DNA from: Candidatus Micrarchaeota archaeon
Lineage (GTDB): Archaea > Micrarchaeota > Micrarchaeia > Micrarchaeales > CABMGC01
DNA: 32,000 nt
Assembly (NCBI GenBank): GCA_027314605.1
Contig: DAHVAM010000003.1
Span: 1 to 32,000, forward strand
Direction: 5' to 3'
In this document: positions 13,114 to 22,500 of the stretch, in pieces
How the letters are laid out: every line of letters starts with the position of its first letter
How positions within the stretch are numbered: the stretch's first letter is position 1
Program-made: the position numbers and the translations under genes
Notes under the pieces: model-generated
Databases searched by the model: none
What the model saw: the letters and a program-made list of their open reading frames with translations, nothing else
Told to the model about the DNA's origin: nothing

Positions 13114-15375
13114 CTAGTCTGCATCGGATTTTGCTTCCTCCGACTTCCTCTCCTTCTTTATCTTCCTGTGCACGGGCAGCGAGAACCAGAAGACGCTGCC
13201 CTTGCCTACGGCTGTCTCAGAGCCCACTCCGACCCGGCCTCCGTGCAATGAGACAATCTCCTTGACTATCGAGAGCCCAAGGCCTGTCCCCGATCCTTCC
13301 TGCTTCGTGAGCCCCCTCTTCTGCAGCTGGTAGAACCTCTTGAAAAGCTTCGCCCTGTCATCAGGGCTTATGCCTATGCCTGTGTCGCTCACCTCTATCC
13401 TTACGCTTCCTTTTCCCTTCCTCGTGGCCTTTATCGTTATGCCTCCCTTGTCGGTGAACTTGTACGCGTTGACTATGAGGTTCACGAAGACCTGTATGAG
13501 GCGATTGGGATCGGCCTCTATCCTGGGCACATTGTAGTCTATGATGAAATCATAGCCAAGTCCCTTGGCCTTCACCATCTCCTCCAGCGACTTTATGCTA
13601 GGGTTATCCCTGATGCTGTTGAGATCAACCTCCTGCCAGTCGAGCTTTATCTTGCCTGCCTCGAGCTTCGCGACATCGAGTATCTGCTGGATGAGCTGCA
13701 TCAGCCTGTCGTCCTCTGTTATTATCGTCCTGACGCTCTCGAGCTGCTCCGCAGAGAGCTCGCCGAAGCTTCCGCTGAGGAGCAGTCTGGCGTAGCCGTT
13801 TATGTTTGTTATCGGCGTCTTCAACTCGTGCGAGACGTTGAAGATGAACTGTGTCTTGAGATCGCTCTCCTGCTTCATCTTCTCAGCCTGCTTTGTCCTC
13901 AGCTCGAGCTGGCTTCTCATCTCCTCCATCGCCATCTTCGTGTTCAACTCCTTGCCTATGAGTATGTATCCGGTGACCTTGTTATCCGCATCCCGCAACG
14001 TCTTGATGTTCTGAGTGAGCCTTACCTGCTCGCCGTCCTTAGTTGAGAGGCTGACAAAGAGGTCTGTCAGGGTGTCCCTGCCCTTCGCCATGTCCATCGC
14101 AGAGTTCATCCTGTCCTTGCTCTCCGAATCGGCGAAGAGGCTTGATATAGGAACCCCGTCGAGATCGCCGCTGCCGTACTTCAGCAGCCTCTCAGCGCTC
14201 TTGTTCGAGCCTCTCACGAACCCCTCATCGTCTATCACTATGACAAACTCGTGGGAGAGCGCAACTAGGTCGCTGACCTCGTTCCTCATGTTCTCAATAA
14301 ACCTCTCCATGTTCCTTGATATCACCGCGGCGTATCCTCCCTGTCTCCTCGCTATCGCCATGTTCACATCGATCTCGATGCCGTTGTCCAGGGCCAGCCT
14401 GACCTGCTCCCTGAAAGGCTCATCCCTCATGTTCCTTATCCTGCTCTCTATGCCTATGCCCTCGCGGTCCTTGACAAAGCCCTGCAGCATCCTGTCTGTG
14501 AAATTGGCCTCCCCTGCCTTCAGGAGCGCCATGTCCCCGCCTACCCATGTTATCCTCATGTTCTTGTCGAGAAGCATGAAGACCTCAGCCTGGCTCATGG
14601 CAATCACGCCGGCCCTGTCCTCCAGGTTCCTCAGCTCAGTGGTGTCAGAGAGCAGCAGGTGCACCAGGCTGTCGTTTATCTTCTTCGGGGAAAGCCTGTA
14701 GTCCCTTCCCGACTTGAGGTCCTTTATCTCGGCTGTCCTGCTGTCCTTGATGCTTTCAGCTATGTCAGGGGTGATGTAAAAGAAGTCGCCCAAGACGCTT
14801 CCCGCGATATCCTTCTGCACAGTGCCCAGCATGTTCATTGCACTTTTGTTCGCCTTGACGATCCTGCCGCTCTTCTCGATTATGAACTGCGGCATCACGC
14901 CCTCGAACGCCGCATCGAAGTACCTCGCCATGCTCAGGCTGCGCTCCCTCTCCAGCCTTGAGTCAAGCTCGTAGCTCAGCATCCTCGCTATGGGCGCCAG
15001 AGTCTCCACAGAACCCTTCCTGAAGCACTCCTCCTTCCTGGAAAGCAGGGTTATTATCCCGAAGTTGTTCTGCTCGGTGGCTATGGGGATCATCAGGCAG
15101 CTTCTGAACCCGGCGCTGAAATAATTTATCAGGTCTACAAAACCGGAATAGCTGCTGAGCCTGTTGTCAAGGTAAGGCATCTTGGTGTTCAGGGCGGCCT
15201 CTTCAGCCTGGCTCAGCTCCCCCTTCATCTGGTAAACATCCTTTGTCACCGCTTCCTCAGCGCCCAGCGACTCCTTGAGCATGGAGCTGAGCTTTGCAAG
15301 CATCTCCGATACAGTGGCAGACTCCCTGCTTATCTCGATCGCCGCCTGCGCCAGCCCCTCGGAAGTGACCGCCAT
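13114..15375 (-). CDS. Cytoplasmic sensor histidine kinase (GAF + multiple PAS-like + HisKA + HATPase_c)
   Basis: H-box 'FIFNVSHELKTPITNINGYARLL'. N/G boxes 'LIVNAYKFT', 'VSDTGIGISPDD', 'GTGLGLSIVKEIVSLHGG'. No TM segment seen. Start trimmed to ATG 15375 because the ORF-track start 15420 would overlap the fibrillarin start codon. Confidence 0.9.
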   Translation of the reverse strand: MAVTSEGLAQAAIEISRESATVSEMLAKLSSMLKESLGAEEAVTKDVYQMKGELSQAEEAALNTKMPYLDNRLSSYSGFVDLINYFSAGFRSCLMIPIATEQNNFGIITLLSRKEECFRKGSVETLAPIARMLSYELDSRLERERSLSMARYFDAAFEGVMPQFIIEKSGRIVKANKSAMNMLGTVQKDIAGSVLGDFFYITPDIAESIKDSRTAEIKDLKSGRDYRLSPKKINDSLVHLLLSDTTELRNLEDRAGVIAMSQAEVFMLLDKNMRITWVGGDMALLKAGEANFTDRMLQGFVKDREGIGIESRIRNMRDEPFREQVRLALDNGIEIDVNMAIARRQGGYAAVISRNMERFIENMRNEVSDLVALSHEFVIVIDDEGFVRGSNKSAERLLKYGSGDLDGVPISSLFADSESKDRMNSAMDMAKGRDTLTDLFVSLSTKDGEQVRLTQNIKTLRDADNKVTGYILIGKELNTKMAMEEMRSQLELRTKQAEKMKQESDLKTQFIFNVSHELKTPITNINGYARLLLSGSFGELSAEQLESVRTIITEDDRLMQLIQQILDVAKLEAGKIKLDWQEVDLNSIRDNPSIKSLEEMVKAKGLGYDFIIDYNVPRIEADPNRLIQVFVNLIVNAYKFTDKGGITIKATRKGKGSVRIEVSDTGIGISPDDRAKLFKRFYQLQKRGLTKQEGSGTGLGLSIVKEIVSLHGGRVGVGSETAVGKGSVFWFSLPVHRKIKKERKSEEAKSDAD

Positions 15376-15418
15376 AAAACTATAAATAACAGAAGAAAAG
15401 ATAAATCTGCGTATCATC
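15376..15418. promoter_or_regulatory. 43-bp divergent promoter region with two TATA-like elements (histidine kinase / fibrillarin)
   Basis: 'TATAAATA' (15381-15388) lies ~34 nt upstream of the fibrillarin ATG. On the other strand 'GATTTATCTTT' is centred ~28 nt upstream of the kinase ATG at 15375. Confidence 0.45.
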
Positions 15419-16078
15419 ATGGAGGTAAAGGAGATATTCGAGGGAGTCTACAGGATAAACGGAAGGCTAGCCACTGAGAACCTAGTAAAGGGCCTGAAGG
15501 TCTACGACGAGGAGCTGATAAAGCACGACGGAAAGGAGTACCGGACATGGAATCCATACAGGAGCAAGCTCGCTGCAGCTGTACTGAAGGGGCTCAGGAA
15601 CATGCAGATAAAGAGAGGGTCAAATGTCCTGTACCTGGGCGCGGCAACAGGCACCACCTCAAGCCATGTCAGCGACATAATAGGCATGGACGGCACGCTC
15701 TACTGCGTCGAGTTCTCCGAGAGGAACATGCGTCAGCTGATAGATGTCTGCAATACTAGGGTGAACATGCTCCCCATATTCGAGGATGCGAGGAACATAG
15801 AAAAATACGCCGAAGACGTAGGCACGGTGGACATACTGTATCAGGACCTCTCGGCGCGCGACCAGCCTGAGCTTCTTCTTCTCAACGGCGGCCTTCTGAA
15901 AAGGGGGGGATACGCGTATGTCTGCATAAAGTCGCAGAGCATAAGCATAGCAAAGCCTCCAAAGCAGGTCTACAGGGAGTTCTTCAACAAAGTCTCGAAA
16001 AATTTCCAGCTCGTCGAGTCATTCGACATAGCGCCCTTCGACAGGATGCACATGTTTGCCGTGTTCAGGAAAAAATGA
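15419..16078 (+). CDS. flpA: Fibrillarin-like rRNA/tRNA 2'-O-methyltransferase
   Basis: 'YRTWNPYRSKLAAAVLKGL' and the SAM-binding 'VLYLGAATGTTSSHVSDI'. Length (219 aa) is typical. Confidence 0.9.
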   Translation: MEVKEIFEGVYRINGRLATENLVKGLKVYDEELIKHDGKEYRTWNPYRSKLAAAVLKGLRNMQIKRGSNVLYLGAATGTTSSHVSDIIGMDGTLYCVEFSERNMRQLIDVCNTRVNMLPIFEDARNIEKYAEDVGTVDILYQDLSARDQPELLLLNGGLLKRGGYAYVCIKSQSISIAKPPKQVYREFFNKVSKNFQLVESFDIAPFDRMHMFAVFRKK

Positions 16079-16219
16079 CTGAGTGTCCGTCCGGCCGCAC
16101 GGCGTGACTCGGCTCTCAAGGCTTATCCGGGCTCCTCCAAAAGCTGCAGGCTTCGATAATACTGCATACAAGGGCTGCCTGGCGACAACGGGGAACACAT
16201 TCCCTTCCGCACCGAAGGA

Positions 16220-17038
16220 CTAATCCCTCTTCGCCCTCTCTATGTCGATGTATTTCTTCACCCTGTCTGTCAGCTCATCTGCGTCGTCTATCCTGTTTGC
16301 CATGCAGATGATGAACCTCGTCTCCCTTCCCTTCTCCTCCATCCGTTTGCCAGTCGTGCCCAAGGCTCTTGAAATCCTCCCTATCTCTCCATTCAGCAGC
16401 TCGTTCGGAAGGATGCAATGCTCCAGGATTACAAGGTAATCGAGGCATACGCCACTTTCATAGGCGAGGTCTCCTCTCCTCATGCCTGCGAGATTCCTGA
16501 GGAGCCTGCTCCCCACTCCGAGGTTTACGGCCTTTTCACAGTGTTCAAAGTGCTGGCCTATCTGGCTCCTCAGCTCCGAGAACAATACATTGGAGCCGAA
16601 GGCATTCCTGCGCCTCCCGCTGGCATCTGTCTTCGCAAGCTCCCCAAGGTTTATCATGTCAGCAAGCCCCCTGCCCAGGGAATTCGCCAGCCTGTCCAGC
16701 GCTCCTCTGTCAGCGTCCTCTATCCTGAAAAGCCCTGAAATGAAAGCCATCGCCTCCTGGTGCGGCACATTGGAGATGTACGACAAGGACCCGAACCTCA
16801 TGCCCCTGCCTTCAGCCAGCCTGCGCAGCTCTGCGCCGATGGCTATCTCCGCGTCCCTCCTGTATGGCGGGGCTACGCCTTCAAAGAATATCTTCAGCCT
16901 TTCGATGGTCACGTCTCGCGGCACCATCGCCACGGCCTTATTGCCATTGCCCTTCCCCACGACATGCTCATACGGTCCATTGCGCCTGAGCTGTACACTC
17001 CCACCGTGCAATACCAACACCCCAATTTGGAATGCCAT
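16220..17038 (-). CDS. Putative regulator with two XRE-type HTH-like segments
   Basis: 'IGAELRRLAEGRGMRFGSLSYISNVPHQEAMAFISGLFRIE' and 'VGSRLLRNLAGMRRGDLAYESGVCLDYLVILEHCILPNE' fit the XRE HTH pattern. The opposite-strand ORF over this span is S/L/P-rich (antisense-like). Start trimmed to ATG 17038. Confidence 0.55.
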   Translation of the reverse strand: MAFQIGVLVLHGGSVQLRRNGPYEHVVGKGNGNKAVAMVPRDVTIERLKIFFEGVAPPYRRDAEIAIGAELRRLAEGRGMRFGSLSYISNVPHQEAMAFISGLFRIEDADRGALDRLANSLGRGLADMINLGELAKTDASGRRRNAFGSNVLFSELRSQIGQHFEHCEKAVNLGVGSRLLRNLAGMRRGDLAYESGVCLDYLVILEHCILPNELLNGEIGRISRALGTTGKRMEEKGRETRFIICMANRIDDADELTDRVKKYIDIERAKRD

Positions 17039-17144
17039 CAATAGGTATTTAGAAGTTTTCAGCGAATTCCGGAGGAAGCGGCAAAAGAAAAAAGCAGCGC
17101 CAGGATGCGAAAAGACTAAAATTACTGCAATTCCATCTGAACGC

Positions 17145-17972
17145 ATGGAGCGCCTCCCAAACCTAGACGTACTGGACAACCAAAAGGGGATGACTGCCGC
17201 ATGCGACTGCTGCGGATCTTTCCTGATGCTCTGCAACCAAGACGAGGGTTTCTGCCACTTCTGCGAATCCTACCTGCTGATGGGGGAGGACGAGCCGAAC
17301 AATCCGGAAGTTGACAAATTCGCGGCGATACAGCTGCTCATAGACCAGAGGGACGTTGAAGGCGCAGAGAAGAGGCTGGACAAGATTACATCGGGCATGG
17401 AAAACCAGTCAAACCCATACCTGCTTTTCGGGGCCGCAAACATGTACAGGGCGCTGGCCGACATAAAATACTTCGACCTCGACTATCACACTGCCGGAAG
17501 GGGATTCATGGAGGGGAATTCTTCCAACATCTACCATTCTTTGGACTTGACAACAAAATACAAGGAGATGTTCTACAAGGCGATAAAGCTGGCAGAAAAC
17601 CAGACAAAGACAGGAATGGATGAAGGCCTTCTCTACCTTATTTTCATCTCTTACATGAAATTGAAGAGGCCTCTCGATGCAGCGAAGGCGCTCACCTCGC
17701 TGAAACATGCAAGAAGGAGCCTTGCCAAGGAATACATGGAGCTGATAAACGCTGTAGAAAGCGGAAGGGAAGAGGGAAAACAGGATGCAATAAATATGAT
17801 GTCAAAAGGCAATCCGAATGCAGTCTACTATCTTGCAAGGCATTATGTGAAGCAGAAAAAACTAGCCGAAGCGAAGTATCTGCTCGAAAAGCTCAATTCC
17901 AAAGTCCGGATGCCTGATTCCCTGTACATGCTCCACAAAATCGACAGGGTATTGGAGGAGACGCGGCTCTAG
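17145..17972 (+). CDS. Zn-ribbon-like N-terminus + helical (TPR-like) repeat protein, function unknown
   Basis: 'CDCCGSFLMLCNQDEGFCHFCESY' Cys cluster, followed by a helical region rich in A/L/K/Y. Start trimmed to ATG 17145 (alternative 17190); the upstream part of the track ORF is antisense to the HTH gene. Confidence 0.55.
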   Translation: MERLPNLDVLDNQKGMTAACDCCGSFLMLCNQDEGFCHFCESYLLMGEDEPNNPEVDKFAAIQLLIDQRDVEGAEKRLDKITSGMENQSNPYLLFGAANMYRALADIKYFDLDYHTAGRGFMEGNSSNIYHSLDLTTKYKEMFYKAIKLAENQTKTGMDEGLLYLIFISYMKLKRPLDAAKALTSLKHARRSLAKEYMELINAVESGREEGKQDAINMMSKGNPNAVYYLARHYVKQKKLAEAKYLLEKLNSKVRMPDSLYMLHKIDRVLEETRL

Positions 17973-18700
17973 TTATCTCTCCATTTTGTAAGGTGTCTGG
18001 CCACCATGAAATATGCCACAGTTTCTATAATGAGCACAACCAATGCCCACCAATTCATAGGCGAAATACCGAAGACTCCCTGCTCCACGATGGCCGCCGA
18101 TGTTGAAGGTATTATCAGAAGAGCGTAGAGCGCCGGTTTTGGGAGGAAAGTATAGGAGTAAAATGTCGGTGGCAATATTGTCATCACCAAGCTCAGCAGC
18201 CCAACAAATGCCCACACATGTCTTGAATATTTCACGACCCCTGAAAGCCAGAACGCTATCGATGTTACTGAAATAAATATAAGCCCGATAACGAAGAGCG
18301 TCACTATCAGAGCAAGCGGGCTAAGCAAGTTGAAGTAGAGGTCCATGGCCAAGTATATCAGAAGCCCAGGGATAGCCCATATGACTGTGCCTGCAATCTC
18401 GCCAAGCATGAAGTCTATCTGGCTGGTAGCCGTAGTGATTATGAGATCTATATATTTTATGTCAAATCTGAACCACGCCATCCCTCCCGCTTCGCCTATG
18501 CTCATTATAGTCACCATAGAGATCAGCCCTCCTGCTAATGCAAATGGAAGCCCCTTCCCTGATGAGAGAACCCCGACCACGAACAGAAGCGACATAGGCG
18601 ATAGAGTCGCTGACAAAAGATAAGGCCAGTTCAGCCTCATTCCCTTCATTGACCTAAAATAAGCGCTGCTTACTACATAGTTAAGATTCAAGGTTGACAC
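17969..18700 (-). CDS. ABC-2-type transporter permease
   Basis: About six hydrophobic segments. It overlaps the upstream ABC ATPase gene by 20 nt. The size (243 aa) is typical of ABC-2 permeases. Confidence 0.65.
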   Translation of the reverse strand: MSTLNLNYVVSSAYFRSMKGMRLNWPYLLSATLSPMSLLFVVGVLSSGKGLPFALAGGLISMVTIMSIGEAGGMAWFRFDIKYIDLIITTATSQIDFMLGEIAGTVIWAIPGLLIYLAMDLYFNLLSPLALIVTLFVIGLIFISVTSIAFWLSGVVKYSRHVWAFVGLLSLVMTILPPTFYSYTFLPKPALYALLIIPSTSAAIVEQGVFGISPMNWWALVVLIIETVAYFMVARHLTKWRDN

Positions 18701-19520
18701 CCTTTCTTATGAACAAGTCATCCAACGTGACTGGTTTCACTATATCCCCTTCCATAACGCTCGCTTCTGCTTTTTTCTTCGGGAGATATGAAACCCAGAT
18801 ATATCCTACCTTATACCCTGGCCTTCTTTTTACAGAACTTTCAATTCTCACCATCCCTTCGAGCGGCTTAAGCAATTTCCCGACGCTTCCCTGTGCCATG
18901 GTCTTTCCCTGCTCTATCATGAGAACCTCGTCAGAGAGGGATTGTGCTTCTTCCATGTAATGGGTTGTGAGTATCACTTGTCCTCTCATTTCTTTTATCG
19001 CAGCCCAGATTACAGTCCTCGACAATGGATCAAGACCCGTGGTAGGTTCATCAAGGAAGGTCAACTGTGCGTCAGCTGCAATTGCCATAGCGACAAACAT
19101 CTTCCTTTTCATGCCTCCTGAAAGCTGTCCGGCAAATGTGCTTCTATCGTTCCAGAGTCCAACCTTTCTCATAGCATTTTCAGCAACTTTCTTGCTTTCT
19201 AAAAGGGTCATTCCTCTAGCACAAAGATAATTCCTTACATTGTCAATCGCTGTGATCCATCCTATGGGCCCAGCCTCCTGGGGTATGCTCACCGCTATTT
19301 TCCTTATTTCCCTCGCGTCCTTCACTATGTCATGTCCGTCTACTATCGCAGTGCCAGAGCTAGGTAGAAGCTGCGTCGACAGCATCCTAATGAGAGTAGT
19401 CTTACCGGCTCCGTTCCTGCCTATTATCGATGTTATCTTCTTGTCGAGCCTGAAGCTGACGCCTTTCACTGCGTATTTCCCATCACCATAGCTCTTCTTC
19501 AGGTCTAGGGTTTCGATCAT
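18681..19520 (-). CDS. ABC transporter ATP-binding protein
   Basis: Walker A 'GRNGAGKTTL', signature 'LSGGMKRK', Walker B 'LTFLDEPTTGLD', H-loop 'LTTHYMEE'. Start trimmed to ATG 19520 (MIETLDLKKSYG), which removes the overlap with rtcB. Confidence 0.9.
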   Translation of the reverse strand: MIETLDLKKSYGDGKYAVKGVSFRLDKKITSIIGRNGAGKTTLIRMLSTQLLPSSGTAIVDGHDIVKDAREIRKIAVSIPQEAGPIGWITAIDNVRNYLCARGMTLLESKKVAENAMRKVGLWNDRSTFAGQLSGGMKRKMFVAMAIAADAQLTFLDEPTTGLDPLSRTVIWAAIKEMRGQVILTTHYMEEAQSLSDEVLMIEQGKTMAQGSVGKLLKPLEGMVRIESSVKRRPGYKVGYIWVSYLPKKKAEASVMEGDIVKPVTLDDLFIRKGVNLES

Positions 19521-19552
19521 GTAGGAATAGGGCGGTAGATAACTATTAATCT

Positions 19553-22500
19553 CTACCCTTTTATCACGGCGAGGGGCTTGCATCTCGCTACAATCCTCGC
19601 TATTCCGGCTCTCTCGACAACATCAACGACTTCGTCCACCTTCTTGTATGCCCACTCAGCCTCCTCGCTGACCAATTTCCTTGTCTTTATTCTTATCTCC
19701 ACGTTCTTCTTTTTCAGCTCTTCGAACGTCTTGGATGCGGGTATCTCCCTTATTGCCTGATGCCTTGACATAACCCTGCCTGAGCCATGGCATGAAGAGC
19801 CGAATGTTTCTTTCATCGCGCCTTCAGTCCCTACAAGAACATAGCTTCCTGTTGTCATGCTCCCCGGAATCAGGACCGGCTGCCCAACTGATCTGTACGA
19901 TTTAGGAACATCCGGATGGCCTTTAGGGAAAGCCCTCGTGGCACCTTTCCTATGGACGTAAACCTTCTTCCTTGCATTATCTACCTGATGCTCCTCTAGT
20001 TTTGCAATGTTATGCGAGACGTCGTAAAGCAATTCCATGCCTAAGGCATCGGAACTTTTCCCGAAAACCTCTTCGAAACCTTTTCGTATCGAATTTGTTA
20101 TTATCTGCCTATTGGTGAAGGCATAGTTTACCGCAGATTTCATCGCCGCAAGATAGTCTTCTGCTTCTTTGCTTCCTACATGGGCGTAGCTTAATTCCGG
20201 ATCAATCAGTCTTATGTTGTGTTTTGACTGATATTCGACAAGAGTTCTAAGATAGTCGCTGCATGTCTGATGTCCAAATCCCCTGGATCCGGTATGTACC
20301 ATTATCACAACCTGTCCTTCATACAATCCATACGCCTTCGCGGTTTCCTTGTCAAAGAGTCTCTCAACGCTCTGCACTTCAAGGAAATGGTTCCCAGCTC
20401 CAAGAGTTCCCAGTTGGAAAAGCCCTCTTGACTTTGCCTCCTTGGAATTCTTCGAAAAATCGGCACCTTCCATAATGCCCTTTTCCTCCGTGTGCTCTAT
20501 GTCTTCCTTCAACCCGAATCCCTTTCCTATGATGAAAGGGACACCCTCCTCGCACACTTTTATTAAATCTTTCTCGGTAAGGCCAATCTGCAATTTGCTT
20601 CCTACGCCACTAGGCACATTCTTGAAGAGTGCATCAGCGACCTTTCCGATTTTTCCCTTCAGGTCTTTTTCCTCTAGATTTGTCTTTATGAGCCTGACGC
20701 CGCAGTTTGATACTATTATACTCTCGGCAATAAAATTATGGTTTTCATTATCTACTGTGATATCGTAAACATAGTCATTGTAATTGATGGGTTCAATTTT
20801 CTCTATGTGATCGTACACGTATCCTTCATCATTGAAAATCCTATTAATGACAAACTCTTCAAATTTGTAAGCGTTTTTCCATATCCTTGCAGGCCCAGTT
20901 CTTCCCCACACTGAATGCCTTACAAAACTTTCACTAACATGATCGTTAGAGAGAGAAGATACAATTATCTCTGTAGGAGTTCCACAGGCTTGTGAAATTA
21001 CCGCCCTACTTCTTACTTCGTCCAGTGATCTCCTAGTATATTCCAAATATCTTAGATACATGCATGCAAGGCTTGCCAAAACTTCCTTGTCTTTATTATA
21101 CTCATAGCTTATTTTACTGAAAAATTTTATGAGATTTTCAGTTTCAGACAAAATGAACAGGCGTATACCAATAGTTTCACCGTCTAACCCGTTATACCTA
21201 TATCCTTCAACTATTTTTGGCGCGCTACTTATTACTCCAAAATCTAGAAGCAATTTTTTGAAGTCGTCTATGTATTCAAAGGCGTTTTTTTGAAGTGCTT
21301 CCAATTTACTTACACTGAAAGCTGGACAACTGAAATTTAGTCCGTTATTTGTCACAGGTTTAGACATTTCCGCCCCAAAAAAAGCGGCTAAGAACAATCG
21401 CTTTTGCCAGAGCACCGAATCCATCAACCATTCTGGAATTCTATAAGTCACCGAGACCTTTTTACCAAAAGGAGTTCCCAAAGCAACAAGCAACACGGCC
21501 AACGAACGCGAACTTATTCTGAGACAAGACTCCGTGAAATCAAATTCTGATGTGCCATAAACCGTGTTTATCCTGTGGTGCCTATCTCTCTTATAAATCG
21601 ACGATTTGAAGCCGAGCCTGGTTACGTCCTGCGCAATAGTTCTAAGATCCGATTCTTTTCCATAAATCGAAGCACATAAAGATGATGTTTTTGTAAAATC
21701 TTTAGGTTTTGGTATTGTTCCATCACCCATCAAAGATCCCATCAATTTTATTATCAATGGTAATTTCTCTGAGTCTAAATAAATTTCATTCAAACCTAGT
21801 CTTCTTAGCAAGTTCATTATCTGATTTTGCCCATTACCCGCCTTTGGGATATTCAATTTATCCATTGTTAAAAATATATCCTGCTCAGAGATCACGGGTT
21901 TATGTGGCGGATTTTCATATTCTACGCCTTCAAATCCGTTCGTTACGACAAAATCTGAAAAACTTAAATTTTCCACGGTTAGCATCCCCTTCTGGGTAAA
22001 TATGGGGTGATCAGCGCTGGCAAGTATCCTCTTTCCTGACTGTGTCTCTATTTTGTAAATCCTCTTTTCCTTTTTCCTCATAAATAATAAATGCTTCGAA
22101 TTTACTATTCTTTTAGAATCAATATCCATTGTCTTGAGATCTACTCTTCTTTCTTTTATCTCTGATATTTTATGTAATGCCCCATAGTTGTCTATAAGTT
22201 TTGTATCGGGATGCAGACAGTTAATGTCGAAACCTATCGCTCCTGGGGAGATTATTCCGCTTTCTGCATCGAATGCCTCCACTCCTCCGACAGGAAAGCC
22301 GTATCCCTCGTGCCCGTCTGGCATGACCATCATATTGCTTACAAGTCCAGGAAGCGTAGCGGCATTGACTGCCTGTCTGAGCGTTCTGTCCTGCCGCATC
22401 CTCTGCAGCATGTGCTCTGTCGCATATATCGTGACGTTCTTGTTCATCTCTGTAAACAATTCCTTCTCTATTGAAAATTTAACATCAGAGATTTTTTTAA

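Noticed and set aside
14015-14701. 228-aa plus-strand ORF inside the histidine-kinase gene
   Set aside because: It is a shadow ORF: S/L/F/M-rich with no motifs, and the opposite strand encodes clear PAS/HisKA sequence.
16079-16219. Possible C/D-box sRNA or tRNA in the 141-nt fibrillarin/HTH-gene spacer
   Set aside because: There is no RUGAUGA...CUGA pairing with proper spacing and no cloverleaf. Only two short overlapping hairpins are present (GGGAA/TTCCC at 16191-16204, CCTTC/GAAGG at 16203-16218) next to the convergent gene end. These are more simply 3'-end structures.
16482-17144. The upstream two-fifths of the 496-aa plus-strand ORF 16482-17972
   Set aside because: This part is S/L/P-rich and low-complexity, typical of translating the antisense strand of a real gene. 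The minus-strand ORF over the same span contains two XRE-like HTH segments. I kept only the portion from ATG 17145 onward.
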